Below, piece after piece: positions 34,150 through 45,753 of a stretch of DNA of 64,000 nt. The stretch is from Penicillus capitatus. Its lineage: Eukaryota > Plantae > Chlorophyta. Within the stretch, counting starts at the first letter, position 1, and each line of letters opens with the position of its first letter. Made by a program: the position numbers and the translations under genes. The DNA is taken from assembly GCA_965649825.1 (NCBI GenBank), contig OZ287697.1, positions 955,635 through 1,019,634 of the forward strand. The letters run 5' to 3'. Under the pieces are notes generated by a model. The model searched no databases. It was not told where the DNA came from and saw nothing but the letters and a program-made list of their open reading frames with translations.

Positions 34150-34773
34150 TGTGAAAAAATGGCGCAAATTCTGACAAAACGATGATGGGACGTCTCTGTA
34201 ATAATGATATTCCTGTCACTTGGCACTTGTCGCGTCTTTGGCTGTGCGACGTAACCGTCGCTGCTGAGTCGCAAATAAGTCATGGTGACTGGGAGTGAGT
34301 TCCTAAGAAGTTCCTAGGAAACTTCTAGAAGTTCATAATGAATTACCTGGTTCCAATGGGAACCTCATTGCGAACTCACTCTTGAAGTTCAGCTGATTTT
34401 CCTGTCGTCACATCGGGGTCGGAGTACTTAAGCAAGGTTTTGACACATAAAAACACCTTTCGTTTAAACATCAAAGTCTACACGTGTGTTCTGAATCGCA
34501 TACAATCTGTCAAAACATTCGCTGTCTATTCCCAAAGTTGTAACAAGTCGCCCTTTGCTGCAAAACTGTTTGTGTGGCCTCCGAGCTTTCGTCCATCCTC
34601 ATCCAATTTCAAGACTTCCGCTGCGCTTGTGAGATGAGCCAACACGGGGACGACTCCGGCAACAATGCTCCACCTCCACCTCCCGGCCAAGGCGAGGGAG
34701 AAATACGTGTCGTCCAAGCCGAGAACGTCGAGAGGGAGGTACAGGAGGAGGGTGCCGGAGGGAGTTCTTCACA
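34150..34773 (+). repeat. 3' LTR (624 bp)
   Basis: Direct repeat of 26225-26848. Confidence 0.96.
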
Positions 34774-35209
34774 GCACCTTCCGCTGCTGCTGATTGGCCG
34801 ACACGAAACTCCAGCTGGTGTAGACCGGAATGGTCTGACCAGCAGGCAGGATGCGCGCCTTGCGGTACTGAGGCGCGTCGGAGGAAAGGCTGTCGAGCCT
34901 GACCCCGATGCTCCTTCCCGCCTCGAGGCGTTCGGATGGCCCCTTCTGCCTTCGCTTGCGTCGCGATCGCTCGTGGGCGAGGGTGTCCGTTTCGACGTCG
35001 GTCGCCTCGGAGGCGACCCTGTCCGACTGCAGGAGACGGAGCGGAGCGAGCGCGGCCTCCAGCGACTGTCGGTTGCGTCTGAGTTCGGCAGCGGCCTGCG
35101 ACGCACGGGTCTTCTCGAAGACGGCACGCGACTCCTGGTAGCTCTCCTCGAAGCGCTCCTCGAGGCTTCTGCTGCGCGAGGCGTCGTCGCACAGGGTCGC
35201 GTTCATCAT
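34774..35209 (-). CDS. E(z): Enhancer of zeste, 5' part (separated from the rest by the LTR element)
   Basis: IPVYTSWSFVSANQQQRK + VHNHKRLFYTDDDTGETLPASEDE joins across the element and matches the CLF/SWN-type YTTWIFLDRNQ..RRIYYD..GE motif. Confidence 0.85.
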
Positions 35210-35432
35210 CTCGGCGGGGCGTTGCTCAGCTTGTCGTTTGCGAAAGTCGAGTGGACGACCGACAGAACCGTACGTCACATCAAAAGAACCGACATGTTAA
35301 TCGTTCAGCCAAAGTGGAAGCCGTTACGGGTCGAGATAGTTAGGGACGGACTGGTGCGTGCCAGACCGACCGCAAGAGAGGCGGAGGTCAGCTTCTTTGC
35401 GACCCCTCCCGTGCCTCTGCATGCGATCTTCG

Positions 35433-36856
35433 TCAATAGCCACCAGCTTGGAGGACCGTGTCCCTCAGTTCGAAGGCATCCCTCACCAGCCCGCTCTTCA
35501 TGCCCGGCGCCACGAAAAGCCTCTGGGCGATGAAGAGATTCACGTGGAAAGCGATCGGAACGGACAGCCACGAAGGCAACGAATGAACATCGCTGCGGGA
35601 GAAGAGATCGGCGAGCTTGCTTTCCCCGATGATGAATATCGGCTGCAGCATGAAGTAGTAAACGTAGGAATACAAGACCACATCCCAGAGGCACCTAAGA
35701 AGGAAGGATCCGTCAGAGGGGGAAACCCAAGAGACGTCGCGTCTCTTTACCAGCCCAACAGCAGATGCGTCACCGCGCTCAAGGCAAAGGTCGCGGATAT
35801 CGCCATCGATCGGCGCAGGTCCGAGACGCTCTTCCTGTCCCCCGAGCCGCCGTGGCTGTTGCGGACCCATTTGCCTGGAAGGCTCCCAGTGCCTCGCCGA
35901 AGGCATACAGGACAGAGAGACGTACCGTCCATGATGATGTCATAGGACAGAGTGCGAAGGACTTTGCCCGTCGTGATGTTCCACCTGCGCCCCCAGAAGT
36001 CGCGCACCGACGTCGACTGGCAGAATTCTCGTTCGCCACGACGTGACTGCTTGAGAGGGCGTTACCAAGTACGGGTAGTCGAATCCGTCGATGGACGTGA
36101 TGTCGAAGAAAACAAGAGCGATGAACGAAGAGGCGTCCGCAAAGAAAGACGTAAAGAAGTAGCAGGCAGATCCTGCACACTCAAAAGTCACATCGTGCAT
36201 ACTACCACGGAGGGACGCACCGGCGACGATGGAGTTGAAGTACGACATGTCGTTGACATCCGGAGACAGCGCCATCTGGCACAGGATCAGGCAGACTGCA
36301 CGTTCCGATGAGTGGCCTGGACGGACGATGGGAAAGCTGACCTGCTTTCAAGGCGGCGCGAAGGAATAGAAGGATCGCTTGCTTGAGCTTGACCACTCCT
36401 TTGAGTTGATCTCGACCGACGTGCATGAACCATCAGACGACGTGCGTTTCCAGAAGATGCGGCTTACTCTTGGCCGGAAGGACGTGCAGCAGGTAGACGG
36501 CGAAGAAGCGCGCGAGGCCATGCCGTTGTTCGGTGTTCGCCAGTGGCCCGCGATTCAGACACAGCGCCAGCGACTGCCAAGCGTTCGACGCTCGGTACAA
36601 ATGCAGAAACAAGGCAGACGACCTTGTAGGAGGAGAGCCAGGCAAGGTGGTATGCACAGATAAGGCGACCGTATATGTGTATCCCCTGCGCCTCGTAAAG
36701 AAACGGCAGCAAAGCGTTCACGAGAAGGACGGGAAGGAAGCAGACGAAGCGAGCGAGCCCCTCTCTCTGTCGGGCAACGATTCGCCAGGTGTAGCCGGTC
36801 GACAGAACAACGTAGACGGCCGTCAGGGAAACGGTCGAAGAAAAGTCGAGGGCCAT
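35433..36856 (-). CDS. Membrane-bound O-acyltransferase, wax-synthase/MBOAT_2 type, multi-exon
   Basis: ARFVCFLPVLLVNALLP, LAWLSSYK, RDFWGRRWN, ATFALSAVTH, FFMLQP; multiple TM segments. Confidence 0.8.
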
Positions 36857-37501
36857 GACGTCTAGTCTGCCGTAAAGAATGCAGGACCGTCGTCGCGAAG
36901 GCGGTGTTCGTACGGACGGACCTCCGCACGACCTTCATTCGCTGTACGACGGACCGACTCTCCATGTCCGACTTCGACGCGATCCTCTCGGAGTACCTGC
37001 GCCTCAGCGGGTGGCCAGCCCTCTCTGTTCACCGCGCTCTGGACGACGGGCGCCGTGCGTGCAGGTATGTCCCGTCCTCGACGCAGGAACCTTCCGAAGA
37101 AACGGCGCGTCTGCGGGAGAGACTGAAGCACCGCCTGGTCGAGTTGGCGAGCAGACCGGCCAGCGCCAAACCGGCTCACTGACGCAAGGAGATACATCTG
37201 TACGAAGTGTGTAGAAGACGACGAAATGACCCGTTTTAAGAACCTCCTTTCCGAAGGAACAAGAACAGCAGCATCACTGTTGAACGAAGTAACAGAACGC
37301 ACGAGGTCCTTGCGTCAGTACCAAATGAAGACTCTCTGAGAAAATCAGGGAGAAGCCACCCCATTCACACCGCTGAAGTTAACGAATGGCTTAATGGTCT
37401 AAATGCAGAGGCTATTAAAGCAGGTCAACGTCGCCGGATTTGGCATTCGTTTCGTCGCTATTTTGAGAGCGAGTTGTGTTTTCTTCTGGAAACTCGCCAA
37501 G

Positions 37502-38768
37502 ATGCAGACGACAAGCCTCTCGACTCTAATCGTCGTAGCGCTTTTGTGCGCCTGCAATGGCGTTTTCGGGTCCTGGATCCCGACTAGTAAGATGACGGCG
37601 CAAACAGATCTTGACGGCAGAGACTCCGATCGTAAGTTTTTGCCTCGGGACGAAGTTACGTTAAATTCCTCGCTGCAGACGCACATGCACGCCAGAAAGA
37701 CGACCTTCTACCGTATGTTTTCGCGAAGCCACAGGTGCGTATGTTCTTTCCGAGGTATTTTTTTGACGGCGCTGTATTTTAAAGGACGCCAACGGCGACG
37801 TGGATAAAAGCGCCACCGATGTGTTCAAGATGCTCGGCGGCAACGCACAGAGCCGCCCATGTTGCACGTCATGGGGACCTGGCCGCGTCGACTGCTTCAT
37901 CCGAGCACCGAAATCGAACGTCATGCACATTTCCATTGACAACGGAGTCTACAGCGAATGGGAGGATCTCGGCGGTGTGATCGTCGACGAGATCGAATGC
38001 GTCAGTCGCGACGTTGGCCTCATCGACGTCCTGGTGCTGGACGTCGGAATTTCACTCTACGACAAGGTGTTTTCTGATGGAAAATGGAGCGATTGGCAGG
38101 GTAAGGGTGGGAAGTTGATGGAAGTTCCTTCCTGTGCTGTCCGAACGCCCAAAATCGTCAACTGCATGTTGAGAGGAACGACGAACAGAGGCTATCACAT
38201 TGGAGCTACTGATGGCAAATGGACGTCGTACACAGACCTGGCAGGGGGCTTGTTCAGCCCCCTTGGATGTTCGGCAAGAGACGCGAACAACTTCAACTGC
38301 TTCGTCAGCGGAATGAACTTGAACCTTTATCACAGATACTGGATCCAGGGAGTAGGATGGCAGGGCTATGAAAATCTCAAAGGTCTGGTGAAAGGTCAGC
38401 CATCGGTGACGACGTGGGACGCTAACAGGATCGACGTTTTCTCCTTGGGCGTGAGAACGAACAGCGTCATGCAGAAGACATGGATAGGTGGTAAAGGATG
38501 GCAGGAGTGGGTCGATCTGGGAGGCGTCTTCGACTCGGCACCCGAATGTGTGACCACCGGTGTCGGCAAGATCCACTGTTTTGCCATTGGTGACGATTCC
38601 TATCTCTACAAGAACGACTACGCAGATGGAAAGTGGGGTGGCTGGGTCAACACGCACGTGCCGTTCCTCGAGACACCGTCCTGTGTTGTTTCCAATGCAA
38701 ACGAAGTGTCCTGTTACATGCGCGGATTCAACAAAAAGCTGATCGAGGTCGTCTACAAATATGCCTGA
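37502..38768 (+). CDS. Secreted PLL-like lectin-like protein (B3; paralog of A3), 3 exons
   Basis: Same signal peptide, intron structure and seven blades as 7446-8713. Confidence 0.82.
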
Positions 38769-39429
38769 AGTTCTGCCTGCTTGATTGGTCTGCCAAACAA
38801 ATGAGTTGGCAATTCGTTTTTATCTGTGCTGAGTTCTGTCTGCCAAATCCATCAAATACTCAACAGTCCAACAACTGTGGAACAGTTTAATGTGCCATTT
38901 TTTGCGACATTCGCTGCAGATGCGATGCGCCGACGATCGAAGAAAACGATTGCTGTCGTGTCGGCCAGAGAAAGCGGCGCAGTTCGTCTCTTCTGCTTCG
39001 ACGATGGAAGTACCGAACTCTAACGGCGATGTCATCGGAAGCGTCGCGTTGGTTCTTCGTCTCCAAACCACGGTGCTTTCGCCTCTCACAGGCAGATCGA
39101 GAACCAAGTCTTTCCCCCTTCTCGGAGACAGCCATTTCAATATTCTGTATGAAATGAAGAAGTACAGAATCCTTGAACTCAGATTCGGGAACTTTTTCTA
39201 GGTGTTGTGGCAGGGATTCCCCACGCGTTCGACGAGACACGAAGCGTCCGTTATTTTGATGTCGTCACCTGCCCGATCGACCGCTCTGCTCTTTGATCTT
39301 GGTGTTCGCACACGTCTTTGTTTGAACTGTCGCGCAATGGAAAACGATACCTCTCACGCGCAAGACTCGCTAGATTGAACGGATAGCATTGGTACCGAAT
39401 TTGCAAGCCCATCGAATAGTCTTTCACAG

Positions 39430-39575
39430 TCCTGTTTGCCTTTTTGCCAGTCTTTTCAATGTTAAATCCAAGCAGCGCGACGGCCTCCTTGAACTGCTTG
39501 TCGATCTTTGGTATGAAAGCATTCGTGGAGTACTGCCAGATTTGATTCGCCAAGTCAGGCATGCGTGTCTGAGGC
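39430..39575 (-). pseudogene. Sulfotransferase C-terminal fragment (arm B copy)
   Basis: Mirror of 6640-6790. Confidence 0.58.
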
Positions 39576-40650
39576 AGGACTTTTGGGGAACGGTTCATGC
39601 ACATGACAAGAAAGCACAGACGCAACACCAGAGAAAACAAGTTCTCTCGTCGGCGATCAGATCGACTGTCTCCCTCATTGATCTATCCTCTCACTTCATC
39701 GACGAATCGTCGCTTCGAGCACCATATTTGGTTCTATCGGTTGTCGAGTTCTTGTCACTTCTACAATTGTTACAGTGATTGTTATTTTGGTCAGTTTTGA
39801 TGACCGAGCTCATCGAATAACAACAAGACTCACAGTTGTTTGCGATACCTACCATCTTTGAAAAAACATACACCCGCGAAGGCCGCAAGGGTGACTGACA
39901 TCGTTGACAGCTCGGAGGCAATCGGTGATTGTGGCCCCTACTTGTTAAAGCTGTTTGAATACAGAAGGTTGGTCGGGCCCGTGTCGAGGGGAACTGTAAA
40001 GCCTGTGGTTTGACTGACAGAGACAGATGGGATTTACGAGGTGATAAGATGACAATAAAAAGCTAAATTCTTTGTAAGAAAACGAGAACCCTGTTTTTTC
40101 GCTTTTACTCTGACACGCGTGCCCATGAATTACCCACAGGAACATCTGTTACCTTCGCCGTCAGATCATCAGGACTGCTGCCCGCTTCCGGCCGCGCCAC
40201 AATCAACATATTTAGACGCTTCTCTTTTATAACTCCGCCTTGTCTGTCATTTCTCGCTTGTTGCAGCCTGCTTTGACGACACGCAATGCGTCTGTCATAA
40301 AACTACTTGAACGACCTTCCACGGCTTTAAGCTAAGAGAGATTCTTGACAGACCCGGCGGCGAAATATAGCTCGTTATGAGTATTGCATCCATCCATCGA
40401 CGAGGAGACATTCGATGTATGATCGAAAAAAGGAAAGGATGCTTTTGAAGTTTTTTCTGTTCTATCTACGTTCTCTACCTAATTGAAAACCGTCTTAGAG
40501 AAAGGAAGGCTTTGTTGGGCGATCCAGCAGCATGCGTTGCAATGGTCCAACTTCGACGTATCCGGTATTGTATTCCGTCTGCTGTGCGACGCTGTGTCCT
40601 GTCATGTCAAACACATAAATGTTTATTCTCACCGGAACAGTAACGCTATT

Positions 40651-42285
40651 TTTTTAGATTGCTTGCTTTTACAACTTCTTTTTAAGAAGATCAGGAGTGC
40701 GACTGTACACTAAGTGTAGCAAACAGTATTCAATCCGCTAAACAGAGAGACCGGCAGGGGTGAATGAAATGAAAGGTCCAGATCAGGTGTTTCCATGCGG
40801 GAGCCTGGGGAGTCGGACGAACGGGCGGATCGGCAATACCATGTAATCCAGGGTAGCAAACGGGGCCTTGTGTTCTCCCAGGAGTTGCTCGTGAAGTGTC
40901 TTCGAAATGAAGACTTTCAGGTTCTTGCTCGGTGTCCATTCGGGAAGGGGCTGTCCTGAGGTATCGCGCTTCCTACGATTCAATCGATGCGGCGCGGCGA
41001 GGTGCATTTCTTCGAGTTCGGTTGCCGGTATCTTCCAGCGGGCTGCGTTCTGTTCTGCAATGGCGGTGATGGCTGCTTCCGGGTCGATGTCTGTGTCGAC
41101 ATTGCTGATGACTACTGGGATCTTGTCTTTCGTGGGCGATAGGTACGGATTGTTGACTTCGAAGGTTCCAATATCGTCGAGCTCCAGGTCCCAACTGGCA
41201 CCGGCGCATTCTAGGCAGCGGTCGAGCGCTCTCTCAAACTGCTGGATCAGGTCGGAGCGGATTTGCACGTAGTATCTGCCGCCGTGGTCAGAGCGGATGT
41301 CTTCCACATATTCCTTCAAATTCTTGATCTTCAGAGTCCGTTCCAGGCTGATGCCAAGCTGGCGAAAGGACGGACGATCTCCCTTCAGGGTCACTGGGCA
41401 GAGCTGGAAGCTGCGTTCATCGCATCGGATCTGGGCCTTGATCGCGTTAGTTTGTCTCCGGATCTCTCGTGCCTGGGTGGTCCGTTGGCGCTGGGCGGGG
41501 GTCGTGGTCTGGGGCTGCTCTGAGGGCAGGGACTGACGGGCGGCGTCGCGGTACGAGCGTGTGACTTCTCGAACGGTGCTGTCCGCAGAAGGTGTAACGT
41601 GGGTCATAGGAGCTGGGGGTGTTGGAGCAAACGAGACCATGGATTTGTGGAATCCGAGACAGGTTCCCATCTCCCCGAGACGAGTGGAGATTCCCATGAG
41701 CGCTTCTCGGTTTTCAGGTGGAGCTTGTCCAATGGCGTATGCCAGATGAGCCAGCGTAGTGTCGATGTCTTGGGCGAGTGCTTCCAGGAGATCTGATGGG
41801 GTAGCTTTTTCCTTGTACCGGCAGATCTGTGAGAGACAGGAAGACTTAGCGTGCGGGTCAAAGATGGGGCCTTCTGAGGCGAGTAGAAGCGAGGTTCTAG
41901 CGTCCTCGTGGCGTCGGACAAGTCGGAGCTGCACGGCATCTCGCTTTTCATGGGCTGCCAGGTAAGCTCTGATTTTCTCGATGAGCTGTGCGGGGTCCAA
42001 GGTGGCCGCAAGCTGGGTGGAACAGGCTCGGAGTGCAGTGTTGACGAGAATGAGCTCCGCCTTGCTCATCGCCTCGAGTACCTCGGGGGTCTGACGCAGG
42101 TCGCGTCGATACCGAACCGTGTTAGCCGCCTGAGCAACCGCCGTGCGCACTGGGTCAGGGGCGGCGTCAGGAGCTCCAGACTGAGATCCGGAAGGTTGCA
42201 TCGTTCGCTTTTGCGCGTGCAGGCACCGTCGTTCGGCAAGGGTTTTGAAACGGCGAAACGAAAGTGCCGTACGGGATTGCTCTCT
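40651..42285 (-). mobile_element. Non-autonomous LINE derivative (ORF1 only) with 16-bp TSD and short poly(A)
   Basis: TSD GAACAGTAACGCTATT at 40635-40650 and 42286-42301. Arm A has a single empty site (~5563-5578). A-tail and TGTAA signal at the 3' end. Confidence 0.85.
40783..42201 (-). CDS. LINE ORF1 (gag-like) protein, ends just before the usual CCHC knuckles
   Basis: 472 aa; IPVVISNVDTDID..AAITAI and ..LPIRPFVRLPR resemble the pre-C2HC region of I/Jockey/R1-type ORF1. Confidence 0.65.
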   Translation of the reverse strand: MQPSGSQSGAPDAAPDPVRTAVAQAANTVRYRRDLRQTPEVLEAMSKAELILVNTALRACSTQLAATLDPAQLIEKIRAYLAAHEKRDAVQLRLVRRHEDARTSLLLASEGPIFDPHAKSSCLSQICRYKEKATPSDLLEALAQDIDTTLAHLAYAIGQAPPENREALMGISTRLGEMGTCLGFHKSMVSFAPTPPAPMTHVTPSADSTVREVTRSYRDAARQSLPSEQPQTTTPAQRQRTTQAREIRRQTNAIKAQIRCDERSFQLCPVTLKGDRPSFRQLGISLERTLKIKNLKEYVEDIRSDHGGRYYVQIRSDLIQQFERALDRCLECAGASWDLELDDIGTFEVNNPYLSPTKDKIPVVISNVDTDIDPEAAITAIAEQNAARWKIPATELEEMHLAAPHRLNRRKRDTSGQPLPEWTPSKNLKVFISKTLHEQLLGEHKAPFATLDYMVLPIRPFVRLPRLPHGNT

Positions 42286-42840
42286 GAACAGTAACGCTAT
42301 TGGAATTTTTGCAAAAGCTCTCTGCTCTTTGGGTCCCGTTGGAGGTGGGTACTCGAATCGCCGAAGACAACCATCGCGATTGTTGCGCGGTCAAATAACC
42401 ATCCAGGCGCCTCACGGCCGCATAGAGCAGCGGATGGAGAATCTCCACGAACCTCCTTCACAACGATAGGGATGGTTGTCGATTGCATGCATGAGTTCGC
42501 AGTTGTTAGAGCTTACGGTTAGGAATTCTTTACCGCCATGGGTATTGAAGGGCGACAATTCGCGTAGGAACATCTCGAGTTCTTGGCACTTCATCCGAGT
42601 GTGACTTTATCTGCTTCGTTCGCGCCGAATCTGGATTAAGTTCATTATCATTGTTTTTCGATTCTCGACATGTCCTCCATCATCAAAGCGTACGTGTGAC
42701 GAGTGCCTTGGATCACAGAGGCGGTGGATGCATGCCCGTTCGAGGAGTGTCCTCACGCACGAGGAAACCATGACAAGTGGCGTGATGCCATAAAAATTCG
42801 GACGGGGTATTAGAACCAGACGATTTTGTCGTCTATGTCT

Positions 42841-44079
42841 TTAGCTTGAGTAAGTCACTATTGTCACAGGTGTTCCCTGCGCGACTCGCATCCGACGAGG
42901 GCTGACGTCCGGGTCAAATTCGCTACTGGCAAAATCGTATGCGATGAAAACCGCCTCTTTGTTATATCTTCTGGCAGCACACGTGATCTCGCGCTCGTTC
43001 GAGACGACACAGGATGGATGATCCAGGAAGAAGCCAAAGGATTCGATCTAGTCCGTCCACTGCTTCCGGTAAAACGAATTCCTGTAGAGATAAGATCCTT
43101 CACCAACGGCGAAGCAGTGGATGATGCCGACTACAGGTGTCACACACTCGGGTGCGGAACCGAAGACGCCTCCCAGATCCTCCACCGGTCTCTGAGCAGC
43201 GCCATCGAAGGCCAGATGCAGAACAGCTCTGCTCTCCGCCGACATAACAAACACGTCGATTCTGTTTTGGTTCCAGGTTGTCACAGATGGTCGGCCAGTT
43301 GCTTGGACACCTAGATCCTCCCACTCGATCCAGTCGTCTTTCCATCGCTGCACCGACAGGTGCATGTGATCTCCGCCGTTGAAGCAATCGAAGTGACCGG
43401 CGGACTTAGCGGAACACGCCATCGGCGTCCAGGCCCTGTCACCGAAGTTGTCGATAAAAATCTAGTCGCCGCTGACGGATCCGATGTGTTGATATGTACC
43501 GTCCATCTTTCTCGACATGCAGTTGACGATGCTCTTTGTCCGCGCCACGCAGGAGGGGACCTCCATCACCGACCCACCCAGGGACTTCCAGCCACTCCAC
43601 TGACCCCACGCGTAGGTATTGACGCGCAGACGGGAAGATCTGTCCTGCACGAACACGTCGATGACGCCGACGTCGCGACTCACACATTCGATGTCGCCGA
43701 TGATGACGATATTGCCCAGGTCCTGCCACTCGCCATCGGCTCCCTGGATGTGCAGCACGTTTGCCTTCGGGCCTTGAACGAAGCAGTCGATGCGGCCCGG
43801 TCCCCACGACGTGCAGCACGGTCGGCTCTGTGCGCTGCCGCCGATTCTTCTGAATTTCTCGCGAGGAGATCTAGCCTCGACCGCGTTCGAATAGAGACAA
43901 GGCTCGCCGCCGACGGTCGCCACAGAAACGTCGGTTTCCGAGAGTTCCCCAACGGCGTCTTCCGCCCTCGGCCTGCATCCAGTCGCTTCTGGAAGACCGG
44001 CTGAGACGGCGCTCGACTTGACGGCCGCCGTCATCAAAGCGGCGACGACCGTCAGTAGAAGAGAGTGCTCGCGTGGCAT
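42841..44079 (-). pseudogene. PLL-like lectin (B2; paralog of A2) with two in-frame TAGs, both at Trp positions
   Basis: TAG at 43462-43464 (GD*IFID vs GDWIFID in A2) and at 43048-43050 (shared with A2). Confidence 0.75.
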
Positions 44080-44549
44080 CTCTCACTCGGCGTACAGACA
44101 GACAAACGACAGTCGGAGAGAAACGTGCAGGTCAACCGATGCCTTGATGCGAATTGCCGTGTCAACTGAGACTCATGCGTACGACACGAACAAAGTACTG
44201 GACGACGCATCCGAGAGAGACACGTACTTGCAGAGTACGGCGTGACTTTCCGAAGAAAGAGTGTGGACATCGTCACAGTGATGGGCTGATAAATTTGTGC
44301 AAACGCCCGAGAAAAAACATGTCGCTTCTCCGATGGTTTCTGTTCTAAAGTACTGGAGAACAAAGGAAGGCTGACGTCGAGTACTCGAACCTGATGAAAG
44401 TTCAAGTCCTGGCCCATTTGGACAGTCACCAATCAAATGGAGAAGCCTTACACAATGGCTGCTAGTTTGACAGGTTAAAGATTTGAACAGTAACAGCTTG
44501 TAAAAGCGAAGGTGGTTGCCAAATCATGCGTTTGGCAGACCGGCAGATC

Positions 44550-45753
44550 TTAATTGTAGTCGAAGACCATATCCATCAAGGTCAAATTGAAGTCCCGACA
44601 ATAACAGGACACCACGTTCGGGGTCGAAACAACACAAGACGGTGTTTCGATACACTTGACTTCGACACTGGTCCAGCCACTCCACCATCCTGCTTCGTAA
44701 TCGTTCCTGTAGAGATAGAACTCATAGCTGACAGCGAAGCAGTGGATTTTGTCGACTCCAGTCGTTACACATTCGGGATTGGAGGCAAAGTAGCCACCCA
44801 GATCGACCCACACGAGCCATTTCCATCCATCCCATGTCCTCTGTAGGACGCTGTTCGTGCGAATATCCAAGAAAAACACGTCGATTCTTCTTCCATCCGT
44901 GGTCAGATTCCATGTCGTCACTGACGGTCGCCCTTTTACCGTTCCACCGAGATCTGCCCAACCGCCCCAGCCTGCTTTTGACCAGTATTTGGTATACATG
45001 CGCAGGTTACTTCCACTGGTGAAGCAGTCGATGTGAAGTTTGCCTCTCGTCACACATCCAATGGGATGCAATAATTGTCCCCCCATACTAGAAAATGACG
45101 TCCATTTCCCGCCGGAGAGCCCAATGTAGTAAGCCCCGTTGTCCGTTCCCCTCGCCATACAAGCGATGTCGGTAGAGGATTGGGCTGCACATGAAGGCAC
45201 CTCCATCAACCTCCCTCCGTTAAGCACCCAACCGCTCCACTTTTCGTCGGATAAAGTGTTATGGAAAAGACGATGGATGACGTCTAGCACAATGACATCG
45301 ATGACGCCGGCGCCGCGGTTGAGGCATTCGATATCGCCGACGATGACAAAACCGAGGTCCTGCCACTCACTGTGCTCGCCGTCTTGGATCCGGATGTGCA
45401 TCACATTCGACCTCGGTCCGCGAACAAAGCAGTCGATGCGGCCATCTCCCGACGACGTGCAGCATGGACGGCTGTAGGCGACGCCGCCATAAATCATATA
45501 CGAACCGCCAAAAGTTCCCTTTGTACAACAGGCCGTAAGAACTGCTGACGGAGGACCTTGACTGTCTTACGGCAACGTCTTTCGTAAAGAGTGGGACGAT
45601 GTCTTCCTTTGGAGAAGAGACTCCGGAAAGACGGCTGCTTTCATGAACGAGCTCCGCGTCTTCTTCGCCGTTATCGACATACGCCGACGCGGAACAGGAG
45701 AGGAAGAGAAAGAACGTCGCAACGACAAGCAAACGCGACGCGTTCAGCCACAT
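44550..45753 (-). CDS. Secreted PLL-like lectin-like protein (B1; paralog of A1); intron 45570-45519
   Basis: Same signal peptide and intron position as A1; seven blades. Confidence 0.8.

Larger units (their letters stand above)
26225..34773 (+). mobile_element. Full-length LTR retroelement, Ty3/gypsy domain order (PR-RT-RH-IN), 8549 bp, three ORFs
   Basis: TG..CA 624-bp direct LTRs, 5-bp TSD, PBS-like TGGT after the 5' LTR, intact RT/RH/IN. Confidence 0.97.

Noticed and set aside
36904-37182. Small plus-strand ORF at the arm B junction
   Set aside because: Crosses the duplication breakpoint, with stops nearby in both arms; no recognisable family.
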